From positions 10,949 to 74,948 of the forward strand of contig DBNW01000055.1 of the NCBI GenBank assembly GCA_002299425.1: a stretch of 64,000 bases of DNA, in the 5' to 3' direction. Both the position numbers and the translations under genes were made by a program. How positions within the stretch are numbered: position 1 is the first letter of the stretch; the number at the start of each line of letters is the position of its first letter. Source of the DNA: Methylococcaceae bacterium UBA662 (GTDB lineage Bacteria; Pseudomonadota; Gammaproteobacteria; Methylococcales; Methylomonadaceae). This document shows positions 1 to 8,722 of this stretch, piece by piece. Below the pieces are notes generated by a model that was given only the letters and a program-made list of their open reading frames with translations, made no database searches and was not told the DNA's origin.

Positions 1-719
1 AGGTATTCAATAATACGAGCGTCGAAATCTTCACCGCCTAAAAAGGTGTCGCCGTTGGTGGACAACACTTCAAACTGGTGTTCGCCTTCGATTTCGGCGA
101 TTTCGATAATGGAAATATCGAACGTGCCGCCACCTAAGTCGTACACGGCGATTTTGGTGTCGCCCTTAGGCTTGTCCATGCCGAACGCCAACGCCGAGGC
201 GGTCGGCTCGTTGATGATACGCTTGACTTCCAGGCCGGCGATGCGGCCGGCGTCTTTGGTGGCTTGGCGCTGGGAATCGTTGAAATAAGCCGGTACGGTG
301 ATGACCGCTTCGGTCACTTCCTCGCCCAAATAGGCTTCGGCATCTTTTTTCAACTTCATCAACACGCGGGCGGAAATTTCCGGGGCGGCCATTTTTTTGC
401 CATGCACTTCCACCCAGGCGTCACCGTTTTCGGCCTCGACGATATTGTATGGCACCATTTTGATGTCTTTTTGCACGACATCGTCCTTAAAGCGGCGGCC
501 GATCAGGCGCTTGATGGCAAACAAGGTGTTTTGGGGGTTGGTGACGGCCTGGCGCTTGGCCGATTGGCCGACCAGCACTTCGTTGTCGCCGGTGAAGGCA
601 ATGATCGACGGGGTGGTACGCGCGCCTTCGCTGTTTTCGATCACCTTTGCCACGCCGTTTTCTAAAACGGCCACGCAGGAGTTGGTGGTCCCTAAATCGA
701 TTCCGATAATTTTTGCCAT
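1..719 (-). CDS. dnaK: Chaperone DnaK (Hsp70), N-terminal part, truncated by window start
   Basis: Not in the ORF track. Reverse complement from ATG at 719 reads [22 protein letters not shown]..., the DnaK N-terminus; GGAG RBS upstream; follows grpE. Confidence 0.97.
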   Translation of the reverse strand, partial: MAKIIGIDLGTTNSCVAVLENGVAKVIENSEGARTTPSIIAFTGDNEVLVGQSAKRQAVTNPQNTLFAIKRLIGRRFKDDVVQKDIKMVPYNIVEAENGDAWVEVHGKKMAAPEISARVLMKLKKDAEAYLGEEVTEAVITVPAYFNDSQRQATKDAGRIAGLEVKRIINEPTASALAFGMDKPKGDTKIAVYDLGGGTFDISIIEIAEIEGEHQFEVLSTNGDTFLGGEDFDARIIEY

Positions 720-762
720 TGCATGTCTCCAGGCTTGATTTATAGTGTTAATGATTGTGCCG

Positions 763-790
763 ATATGAGGCTATTCGCTAGGATTTCAAG
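763..790 (-). promoter_or_regulatory. Sigma32 (RpoH)-type promoter for dnaK
   Basis: Minus strand CTTGAA-N14-CCTCATAT against consensus CTTGAA-N13-15-CCCCATNT; the -35 overlaps the grpE stop codon. Confidence 0.8.
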
Positions 791-1454
791 CCTGCCCATC
801 TGCGGCTTTGGCTACGACCACCAAGGCCGGGCGCAACAGCCGCCCATGCAGCAAAAAACCGCTTTGGAACACGTTGACGACGGTGTTTGGCTCAGCACCC
901 TCCACCGGCTGCATGGCCATGGCTTGGTGGTGTTCGGCGTTGAAGACTTCACCCAAGGGATTGATTTCGACGATGTTGAATTTGGCAAAAGCCGCTTGCA
1001 GTTGTTTTAGCGTCAGCTCACTGCCTTCGCGGAATTTTTGCACCTGTTCGCTATCGCCCGTCGCCGCCTGCAAACCCAAGACCAAGCTGTCCAACACCGG
1101 CAGCAATTCTTTGGCAAAACCGGTCAGGGCAAATTTATGGGTATCTTCCAAGTCTTTTTGCACCCGGCGTTTTAGGTTTTCCATTTCCGCTTGTGCGCGC
1201 AAGGCTTTGTCCCAGTTTTCATGGGCCTTTTGTTTGACCTCCGCCAATTCATTTTTCAGCTCTGCAATCGTGTATTCGTGCTCGCCAACCTCGGTGTGTT
1301 GCCCTTCCGGATCCGAGGACGCATCCTGGGACGTTTGGTCCGGTTTCAGCCCTTCGTCCGGTTCGGCTTGCGCCGTATCATCCCACCCCGCCTGTTCCGG
1401 CACCACCGTGGTTTCTGCAATTGCTGCGTCAGGTGTTTCCTGATTTTTTTCCAT
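786..1454 (-). CDS. grpE: Nucleotide exchange factor GrpE
   Basis: LRAQAEMENLKRR, FAKELLPVLDSL, HQAM, GFLLHGRLLRPALVVV motifs; lies between hrcA and dnaK. Confidence 0.97.
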   Translation of the reverse strand: MEKNQETPDAAIAETTVVPEQAGWDDTAQAEPDEGLKPDQTSQDASSDPEGQHTEVGEHEYTIAELKNELAEVKQKAHENWDKALRAQAEMENLKRRVQKDLEDTHKFALTGFAKELLPVLDSLVLGLQAATGDSEQVQKFREGSELTLKQLQAAFAKFNIVEINPLGEVFNAEHHQAMAMQPVEGAEPNTVVNVFQSGFLLHGRLLRPALVVVAKAADGQA

Positions 1455-1588
1455 AACTTTGACCTTAAAAAATTTATTGGGTTAGCGATTAAAAGGGGTT
1501 CACTGCCGCGCCAAGCCCATAACATGGGTTAGCGGCCGTCAAGATTCGCCCGGCACAAGGCCTTAAGTTTTGGGCTACTTCTTTGGGC

Positions 1589-2647
1589 TCACGTTGGGGA
1601 TAGGCATTTCGGATTCAAGGCCGCGCCCAATAATTTTGCAGTCACATCAACGAAAGGAATGATTTTTTGGTAATTCATCCGGGTCGGGCCGATCACGCCC
1701 AAGACACCCACCACCCGGTTGCTAACCGAATAAGAGGAGGTCACCAAACTGCAATGCCGAAATTCTTGATAACCCGATTCTTCGCCGATGAAAATCTGCA
1801 CGCCCTGAACTTGCATACACTGATCCAGCAAATGGATCACCGCCTGCTTTTGGCTAAAAGCCTCAAACAACTGTTTGAGCCTGTCCATATCTGACAATTC
1901 GGACACACCCATTAAATTGGTTTCACCCGCCAAGACAAAATCATCCTGGCTGCCGTCTTCATTAAAAACCAATTTGGCCATGGCGATGGCATCGAGCATG
2001 CTTTGGTTGATGCAGTCTTGGGTGTCTTGCAAATCTTTGAGAACCGATTCCCTAATCGCTGCCAGGCTTTGTCCGCAGTACACGGAATTTAAATAGTTGG
2101 CAGCGCATTGCAGTTCGGCTTGGCTGAAGGTGCGCGAGGTGTGGATGATGCGGTTGTGGACCTCTTGTTCATTGGTGACAAAAATCACCAACACCCGGGT
2201 GTTGGACAAAGGCAGAAACTCGATCTGCCGAAAATTGATTGTTTCCCGCTTAGGCAAAGTCACTACACCCGCCATTTGGGTTAGCTCCGCCAATAACCGG
2301 GAGGTGCAACCGATAATTTGACCACTGTCCTCGGTAACTTGCAAACCTCTATGCAAGCGCGACAAGTCTTGCTCATCCAGCGGTCTCACGGTCAACAAAC
2401 TGTCAACAAATAGCCGGTAGCCACTCGCGGTAGGCACTCTACCTGCGGAGGTATGCGGGGAACACACCAAACCCAAATCCTCCAGGTCCGACATGACGTT
2501 ACGAACGGTAGCCGGGCTAAGATTTAGCTCGGAATCTTTCGACAACACCCTAGAACCCACCGGCTGACCGTCGCTTATATAGCGCTCGACCAGCGTTTTC
2601 AAGAGCTGCAAGGAACGCTCATTTAAAGCAAATTGGTTTTTAGCCAC
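1589..2647 (-). CDS. hrcA: Heat-inducible transcription repressor HrcA (GTG start)
   Basis: LKTLVERYISDGQPVGSR, SPATVRNVMSDLE, PHTSAGRVPT, GVLGVIGPTRMNY. Confidence 0.97.
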   Translation of the reverse strand: MAKNQFALNERSLQLLKTLVERYISDGQPVGSRVLSKDSELNLSPATVRNVMSDLEDLGLVCSPHTSAGRVPTASGYRLFVDSLLTVRPLDEQDLSRLHRGLQVTEDSGQIIGCTSRLLAELTQMAGVVTLPKRETINFRQIEFLPLSNTRVLVIFVTNEQEVHNRIIHTSRTFSQAELQCAANYLNSVYCGQSLAAIRESVLKDLQDTQDCINQSMLDAIAMAKLVFNEDGSQDDFVLAGETNLMGVSELSDMDRLKQLFEAFSQKQAVIHLLDQCMQVQGVQIFIGEESGYQEFRHCSLVTSSYSVSNRVVGVLGVIGPTRMNYQKIIPFVDVTAKLLGAALNPKCLSPT

Positions 2648-2669
2648 GATCGCACCCTCGCCGAAAAAA

Positions 2670-2696
2670 CTGGCACTCTAAGCAGGGGAGTGCTAA
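2670..2696 (-). promoter_or_regulatory. CIRCE operator (HrcA binding site)
   Basis: Minus strand TTAGCACTC-N9-GAGTGCCAG against consensus TTAGCACTC-N9-GAGTGCTAA; 22 nt upstream of the hrcA start. Confidence 0.92.
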
Positions 2697-2702
2697 CACA
2701 CG

Positions 2703-2731
2703 AAGGTACCAATTCAAGCCCCTGTTGTCAA
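2703..2731 (-). promoter_or_regulatory. Sigma70-type promoter for hrcA
   Basis: Minus strand TTGACA-N17-TACCTT; predicted start site at about 2696 coincides with the CIRCE edge. Confidence 0.75.
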
Positions 2732-2803
2732 CCAAACTCACCCATTGAAAACGATTACTCACCCGGCTTGTGGGCACAGTCGTTAGCGCTTAGCATCTTT
2801 AGT

Positions 2804-3097
2804 TTACTTTTTTTCCTTAAGGTTATAGGCGGCGAGCTGCTCGGGCGTGGCTTCTTTTTGATAACTGTTTTTCCATTGCTCGTAGGGCATCCCGTAGATA
2901 ATTTCCCTAGCTTGTTCGTAATCGACTGCTTGCCCGCGTGCGCTTGCCGCCGCCGCATACCATTTAGCTAGACAATTGCGGCAAAAATCCGCCACAATCA
3001 TCAGCTCGATGTTTTGCACCTCGGTGTGCTGCTGCAAATGCTCGAGCAAGCGGCGAAAGGCCGCCGCTTCCAGTTCAGTTTGTAAATTTTCTGCCAT
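2804..3097 (-). CDS. DUF1244-family protein
   Basis: EAAAFRRLLEHL, QNIELMIVADFCRNCLAKWY, EIIYGMPYEQWK. Start moved to ATG 3097, which has a GGAGG RBS. Confidence 0.85.
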   Translation of the reverse strand: MAENLQTELEAAAFRRLLEHLQQHTEVQNIELMIVADFCRNCLAKWYAAAASARGQAVDYEQAREIIYGMPYEQWKNSYQKEATPEQLAAYNLKEKK

Positions 3098-3242
3098 AAC
3101 CCCTCCAAATCGGCCCATTCTAGCAAGAAACCTTTTGGCAAACATGTACAACGCCAAGCGAAAATTTTACAATAGCCAACCCTCTTCACTGTAGCTTGGT
3201 TTGGGGCTTCCTAAGCCTTAACCATTCTCAACCTGAAATACC

Positions 3243-3779
3243 ATGAAGCAAGTTTTTGAATTTTTCCCTATCGTTCTGTTTTTCGTGGCTTACAAGTTCT
3301 ACGACATCTATGTGGCGACAGCCGTGGTAATGGCGGCTACCCTAGCTCAAGTAGCTTATAGCTGGCTAAGATACCGAAAAGTGGATTCCATGCAATGGAT
3401 AACACTAATTTTAGTCGCGGTAATGGGCGGCTTAACGCTTTATTTGCAGAATGAAGAATTCATCAAATGGAAGCTGTCCATCATCGAATGGCTGTTCGGT
3501 GCCGCCTTCTTCGGCAGTCATTTTATTGGCAAAAAAACTTTTATTGAACGCATGATGTCGGCCAACTTAACCTTGCCGAAAGTCATATGGAACCGCTTGA
3601 ATTTAATGTGGGGCAGCTTTTTCACCAGCATTGGCTTCGTTAACTTATACGTCATGTACCACTTCAGCACCGACGATTGGGTCAATTTCAAAACTTTTGG
3701 CGTACCCGGACTGATGGTTATTTTTATCGCCCTGCAAATAGCGTATTTGTACAAATACGTCCCCGAAACCGAGGAATAA
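3243..3779 (+). CDS. yciB: Inner membrane septation protein A (YciB/IspZ)
   Basis: FFPIVLFFVAYK, FIKWKLSII, WVNFKTFG; upstream of yciI. Confidence 0.92.
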   Translation: MKQVFEFFPIVLFFVAYKFYDIYVATAVVMAATLAQVAYSWLRYRKVDSMQWITLILVAVMGGLTLYLQNEEFIKWKLSIIEWLFGAAFFGSHFIGKKTFIERMMSANLTLPKVIWNRLNLMWGSFFTSIGFVNLYVMYHFSTDDWVNFKTFGVPGLMVIFIALQIAYLYKYVPETEE

Positions 3780-3782
3780 ATC

Positions 3783-4085
3783 GTGTTGTATGCCATCATT
3801 GCCGAGGATGCGCCTGATAGCTTGGCGCGGCGGCTAGATGTACGCCCGGCCCATATCGAACGCCTGCAAGCACTGCAAAACCAAGGCCGCCTGTTGCTGG
3901 CAGGCCCGCATCCCATACTCGACACCGAGCACCCCGGATCAGCCGGCTTTAGCGGCAGCCTGATCGTCGCCGAATTTAACAGCCTCGAAGAGGCCGAACA
4001 ATGGGCCGGGGCCGACCCGTATGTCACTGCGCGGGTATACACTAAAGTACTCGTTAAACCTTTCAAAAAAACCTTTCCCCAATGA
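3783..4085 (+). CDS. yciI: YciI family protein
   Basis: [35 protein letters not shown]. Confidence 0.92.
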   Translation: MLYAIIAEDAPDSLARRLDVRPAHIERLQALQNQGRLLLAGPHPILDTEHPGSAGFSGSLIVAEFNSLEEAEQWAGADPYVTARVYTKVLVKPFKKTFPQ

Positions 4086-4366
4086 CCGCCGAACACATTA
4101 AAAAAATACTGACCGAAGCTTTCACGCCAGAATTTCTGGAGCTCCTCGACAACAGCGCCGATCATGCTGGCCATGCGGGCGCCAGAAGCGGTGGCGGCCA
4201 TTACCATGTCACCCTCGTCGCCGAGGCGTTCACCGGCAAATCCTTGGTGCAGCGCCACCAAATGGTCTACAAAGCCCTAGGCGACCTCATGAAAGAACAA
4301 ATTCACGCCTTAGGCATTAATGCCCTTTCCCCCTCTGAAAACACTAAAGGAAACTTAAGCAAATGA
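4082..4366 (+). CDS. bolA: BolA family protein
   Basis: [34 protein letters not shown]; ATGA overlap with yciI. Confidence 0.92.
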   Translation: MTAEHIKKILTEAFTPEFLELLDNSADHAGHAGARSGGGHYHVTLVAEAFTGKSLVQRHQMVYKALGDLMKEQIHALGINALSPSENTKGNLSK

Positions 4367-5385
4367 AAACAGCCATTATCCCCTTTTTAGTTGCAGGTGC
4401 CGTCCTGGTATCCGGATGCGACAAAAACGACAGCACTGCCCCGGCCGTCAAAAGAGAAGACGCCGTCGCGTCTGTCAACAGCACTTACATCTCAAAGACC
4501 ACCTTAGAAAATTTACAGAAAGAGCTGGCGGCGCGCGGGCAAGGCCAGGAGATACCAAAGGATAAAATTCTCGAAGAACTGATCCAGCGGGAAATTTTAG
4601 TGCAGGCGGCCCTAAAACAGAATTTGCACCAATCCCCTGAAGTCCTGCAACGGCTTGAGGAAACCAAAAAAACCTTGCTGACTCAAGCATTCGTACAAGA
4701 TTTCATCAAAAATAATCCCGTTACTGACGCGGAAATAAAAGCCGAATACGATAAAGAATTTGGCGGCAGCAAAAATATCGAATACAAAGCCCGTCACATT
4801 TTGGTTAAAACCGAAGCCGAAGCAAAAAAAATCATTGCTGAACTGGACAAAGGCGCAGATTTTGCCAAATTAGCCAACAAGTACTCATTGGATGGTAAAG
4901 AAACGCAAAACGGCGGCGACCTCGGTTGGTTTTCGGCCAACCAAATGGTCGAACCCTTTTCCAAAGCTGTCAGTGCCTTAGAAAAAGGCCACTACACAAA
5001 AACCCCGGTACAAACTCAATTCGGCTGGCATGTGATTTTACGCGAAGATTCCCGCATCCAAACACCGCCTCCGCTGGAAGCCGTAAAAGACCAGCTGATC
5101 CCGTTCCTGCAACGCAAAAAAGTCCAGGAAATGCTGGAGCAAAAACGCAAAGAAGCCAAAGTCGAGATTCTAGTGCCGCTGACGGCTGAAAAACCGGTCG
5201 CTGAGAAAGCTGAGCCAAAACCCAGCCAAGCCCCTGGACTTGAAGAAGCCGCAGGAGCAGAAGCCGACGTAGAAGCAGAAACCGACGTAGGAGCAGAAGC
5301 CGAGAGCCACCACCCTGCGGTGGATGAGGCAGTGGATGAAGAAGCTCCAAAAACAGAGGTAAAAAAAGACAAACCCCATCCCTGA
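4363..5385 (+). CDS. PpiC/parvulin-type peptidyl-prolyl isomerase lipoprotein with acidic C-terminal tail
   Basis: Lipobox LVSGC; YKARHILV, GGDLGWF, PVQTQFGWHVI. Confidence 0.9.
   Translation: MKTAIIPFLVAGAVLVSGCDKNDSTAPAVKREDAVASVNSTYISKTTLENLQKELAARGQGQEIPKDKILEELIQREILVQAALKQNLHQSPEVLQRLEETKKTLLTQAFVQDFIKNNPVTDAEIKAEYDKEFGGSKNIEYKARHILVKTEAEAKKIIAELDKGADFAKLANKYSLDGKETQNGGDLGWFSANQMVEPFSKAVSALEKGHYTKTPVQTQFGWHVILREDSRIQTPPPLEAVKDQLIPFLQRKKVQEMLEQKRKEAKVEILVPLTAEKPVAEKAEPKPSQAPGLEEAAGAEADVEAETDVGAEAESHHPAVDEAVDEEAPKTEVKKDKPHP
5245..5304 (+). repeat. Imperfect 18-nt tandem repeat (GAAGCCGACGTAGAAGCA-like) in the PPIase tail
   Basis: Units at 5245-5259 (15 nt), 5260-5277, 5278-5295 and a partial unit at 5296-5304, encoding EAAGA EADVEA ETDVGA EAE. 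Confidence 0.7.
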
Positions 5386-5413
5386 AGCTCACAATAGCAA
5401 GAAAATGCGGGGA

Positions 5414-5447
5414 GGAAAAAGGGCGGTCGGCTACGCCGCTCTTTTCC
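5414..5447. terminator. Probable bidirectional intrinsic terminator between PPIase and recJ
   Basis: GGAAAAAGGGCGG...CCGCTCTTTTCC imperfect inverted repeat between convergent genes. Confidence 0.55.
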
Positions 5448-5464
5448 AAACCCAAGCTTGCCGG

Positions 5465-7207
5465 CTAAGCTTTTTTTTCCAAATAAACCATGACCAACTG
5501 CACACTGCGTTCACCCCGGTATTCATTAACATCCAACCTGTACGCGGCAACAACCTCTCTTACACCCAGCCACTGTTCCGGCTGGCCAATAAAAAATGCA
5601 ATCGCATCCAACAACCGCTGCCCACCGGCCTGTCGCAACACCAGCTTTAAATGGTGCTGGCCGACAATGCGTGATTGCATCACCTCAAACTGGCCATGAA
5701 AAACAGGTTCGGGAAACCCCTGTCCCCAAACGCCCACCTGCCGCAGCAAATCCGCCACCGACAAATCCAACTCTTGCTCGCACAGCACTCCGTCAGACCA
5801 AATTTTTTGCTCCAAATCAATGCCTGTCAAACGCCTGCCAACCATCTCGTCAAACGCCAAAGCAAACGCCGGATAATCGCGCAAAGCCAAGCTTAACCCG
5901 GCAGCCATGGCATGGCCGCCAAATTTACTTAACAGTTTTGGATGCACTGCGGCAATATCGCTTAAAACATCCCGGATATGCACACCCGGAATGGAACGTG
6001 CCGATCCCTTAAGCCACCCCTCCCCTGCCTGGGCAAAGGCGATGACCGGTCTGTGCAGCCTATCTTTAATGCGGGCCGCCAAAATACCAATCACCCCCTG
6101 ATGCCAGTCCTGGTCGAACAAACACACGCCAGACGGCAGATGGGCCGTGTGCAACGCCTGCATCTGTGCCAACAAAGCCTGCGCCTGATGCTGCATTCCC
6201 CCTTCAATTTCCTGTCTATCTTTGTTCAAATCATCAAGCTGTACGGCTAGGTTTTTTGCCAAAACCGGATCATCCGTCAACAAACACTGAATGCCCAAGG
6301 CCATATCGTCCAGACGCCCTGCGGCATTCAACCGAGGTCCTAAAGAAAAACCTAAATCCGTTGCAGAAAGTGTTGAGTTCTTTTTCCCCGCCACTTCGAT
6401 TAATGCCTGAATGCCCACGGCCCCCTGGCCCATGCGTATACGCAATAAGCCCTGGTAAACCAAAATCCGGTTAACCTCATCCAAGATCACCACATCAGCG
6501 ACCGTCCCTAAAGCCACATAATCCAATAGCTGCCCCAAGTTGGGTTGCGGGATTTTTTTTTCCGCAAACCAACCGGTTTCCCTAAGGCGCATTCTTAATG
6601 CGATCAAGACATAAAACATCACGCCCACGCCAGCCAACGCCCTGCTAGGAAAGCGGTCGTCTGGCAGATTCGGGTTTACCATAGCCGCCGCATTCGGCAA
6701 GGTTTTCCCCGGCAAATGGTGGTCTGTCACCAGCACCTTAATGCCCGCCCGGTTCGCCGCATCGACACCTTCGACACTGGAAATGCCATTGTCAACTGTG
6801 ATAATCACATCGGGCCGTCGTTGTTTCACCAACTCGACAATCTCAGGGGTCAGGCCGTAACCGTATTCAAAGCGGTTGGGCACAACAAAATCAACATGCC
6901 GAACACCCAACAATTGCAGGCCTTTTACGGCCAGGGCGCAACCGGTCGCCCCGTCGGCATCAAAGTCTGCTACCACACAAATTTTTTGCCCTAATTTGAT
7001 AGCCGCCAGCAATTCGCCCACCATAACTTCCATGCCGCCTAGCAGCCACGGTGACGGCAAACGGGCGAGAGAGTAGTCCAGCTCATCGTTGGAGACCACC
7101 CCCCTAGCGGCAAAAATACGCGCCAACAGCGGATGCAACGATGCCAATCGGTCGGTTTTTTTTGCCGGCCTAACAACGATGGCTTTTTTCACGTCCTGGT
7201 AATACAT
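5465..7207 (-). CDS. recJ: Single-stranded-DNA exonuclease RecJ
   Basis: DFDADG, VPNRFEYGYGL, ITVDNGI, TDHH, LGTVADV, GPRLNAAGRL, FGGHAMAAGL. Start uncertain (ATG 7207 or TTG 7219). Confidence 0.96.
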   Translation of the reverse strand: MYYQDVKKAIVVRPAKKTDRLASLHPLLARIFAARGVVSNDELDYSLARLPSPWLLGGMEVMVGELLAAIKLGQKICVVADFDADGATGCALAVKGLQLLGVRHVDFVVPNRFEYGYGLTPEIVELVKQRRPDVIITVDNGISSVEGVDAANRAGIKVLVTDHHLPGKTLPNAAAMVNPNLPDDRFPSRALAGVGVMFYVLIALRMRLRETGWFAEKKIPQPNLGQLLDYVALGTVADVVILDEVNRILVYQGLLRIRMGQGAVGIQALIEVAGKKNSTLSATDLGFSLGPRLNAAGRLDDMALGIQCLLTDDPVLAKNLAVQLDDLNKDRQEIEGGMQHQAQALLAQMQALHTAHLPSGVCLFDQDWHQGVIGILAARIKDRLHRPVIAFAQAGEGWLKGSARSIPGVHIRDVLSDIAAVHPKLLSKFGGHAMAAGLSLALRDYPAFALAFDEMVGRRLTGIDLEQKIWSDGVLCEQELDLSVADLLRQVGVWGQGFPEPVFHGQFEVMQSRIVGQHHLKLVLRQAGGQRLLDAIAFFIGQPEQWLGVREVVAAYRLDVNEYRGERSVQLVMVYLEKKA

Positions 7208-7426
7208 AACACATTCCAATAAAATCTGGCCAAAAGCCGGTTTTTAATTGGCCGATTGTGGGGGGGGCAGGCACTGATGGCACCGGGCTTGCGTCATTTC
7301 GCATACCCGCGTTAGGAAGAGAAAAAAGGCAATAACCGCATTGTTTAAGCAGCCGTGCAATACGGTTAGCCGGAAGTTTCACGGCTGTGCACGGATTCCG
7401 CTGCCAGACCCTGGCAACAGAAAACG

Positions 7427-8683
7427 CTAGCGCGTAGCGGTATCGTCAAAAACACCCTTAGCCGCTTGCAGATGCCATTGTGGACTCCGCCCTGACGGCA
7501 ACACGATGGCGCCTTTAGCCGCAGTAATGTGCAAAAGCCCTTGAAAATCCACCGGCACCGTCAACTCAAGCTGGCCTTCAATGTCCGTAAACAACCCTGT
7601 TGTAGCCAGAGTAAAAATTTGGTTTTCGGGTTGGTAAACCCCTGCTACCGTGCTGGTTGGAAAGCCAAAGCCCTTAAATTTCAAGCGTATATGTGCAGAA
7701 CCGCCAACCTGAGCACTGCGTTTTATTACCACATCGCCAACGTCTGCCTGGATGATCAAAGCCGTGCCAGATTGCTGTCCAGGCAACGGAACCTGCAACA
7801 CCCGCTCGGTTTTATGGGGCGTAGCCAAGGATGCAGCCAGACTCAGCACAACAGCCAGTCCAACAAAAAGCCAAGAGCGCACTGGTTTTGACAAATTATG
7901 CCAATAGTCCAGCAAAAAAAACTCTGTTACCTCGGTGTCCGGCTTTTCTTCCCAGCGGCCTACCAAGGGCTGGTAGATCACGGCACAGACCGCATAGGTA
8001 AAGATGCCGCTCCAAAACACATCGGATAAAAAATGTCCGCCCGCCGCCATCCGCCCAACGCCTACCAAAACACCCAAAACTATGGCAAAAACCAGCAGAC
8101 CGCCGGCCAACAGCGGTTTTTTGCGGCGGGTTAAAAAGTAAAACACACAAACCAAGTAGCCCACGCTGCAATGCCCGCAGGGAAACGACTTGCCTTCAGA
8201 ACCTGGCATACCCGGCGGCTGGTAAGTCAAATGTCCCTGGAACTGTTCAATCTGGCGGGGTCGAGGCCGCCCGTAGTGATCCTTGAAAATACCATTGACC
8301 ACTAAACCCGGTCCCAAAATTATGCTAAAAAGCACAAACAACGCCATGCGCCGGATGCGCTTAGCATTCGCTCGGTCGCCGTAAAAAGCCAAAACCCCCA
8401 AACAACCTAAGAGCAAGGCATTGGCCAAAATCGGGATGGCCTTGTACAAAACCAACCACAAGCCGCGCTGTTCTTCCGGCCAAAAATTTTGGGCGTTGCC
8501 CGGGTGAAAAAAAACCCCCGCTGCCCAAATATCTAAGTCTGTAAGCCAAAATGGCACGGTCAAAGCGGTGGCAACAACAGCCAAAATCAGCCCTTCAATC
8601 CGGGCTTGGCGAGTGTCAATTTGGGAGTGTGCAATAGGGTTCATGGCCATGCGTGTGAAATTAATGAGGGTACCCGCCGACAC
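7427..8683 (-). CDS. PAP2-family membrane phosphatase with extra C-terminal soluble domain
   Basis: KDHYGRPRP, SFPCGH and RMAAGGHFLSDV acid-phosphatase motifs; multiple TM helices. Start uncertain. Confidence 0.85.
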   Translation of the reverse strand: MSAGTLINFTRMAMNPIAHSQIDTRQARIEGLILAVVATALTVPFWLTDLDIWAAGVFFHPGNAQNFWPEEQRGLWLVLYKAIPILANALLLGCLGVLAFYGDRANAKRIRRMALFVLFSIILGPGLVVNGIFKDHYGRPRPRQIEQFQGHLTYQPPGMPGSEGKSFPCGHCSVGYLVCVFYFLTRRKKPLLAGGLLVFAIVLGVLVGVGRMAAGGHFLSDVFWSGIFTYAVCAVIYQPLVGRWEEKPDTEVTEFFLLDYWHNLSKPVRSWLFVGLAVVLSLAASLATPHKTERVLQVPLPGQQSGTALIIQADVGDVVIKRSAQVGGSAHIRLKFKGFGFPTSTVAGVYQPENQIFTLATTGLFTDIEGQLELTVPVDFQGLLHITAAKGAIVLPSGRSPQWHLQAAKGVFDDTATR

Positions 8684-8722
8684 CGACTGCCTGAAACGCT
8701 ACGCTTAACGTAAGCGCATGGC

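Noticed and set aside
46-1010. Plus-strand ORFs 46-288, 264-665, 397-738, 723-1010
   Set aside because: Antisense shadows of dnaK and grpE; no RBS or family motifs.
1510-1543. CTTGAC...ACCCATGT as a sigma32 promoter for grpE
   Set aside because: Spacer is only 8-9 nt, versus the required 13-15.
7350-7387. CAGCCGTG/CACGGCTG inverted repeat and G8 run (7260-7267) upstream of recJ
   Set aside because: No U-tract in either direction and no second copy seen; no function can be supported.
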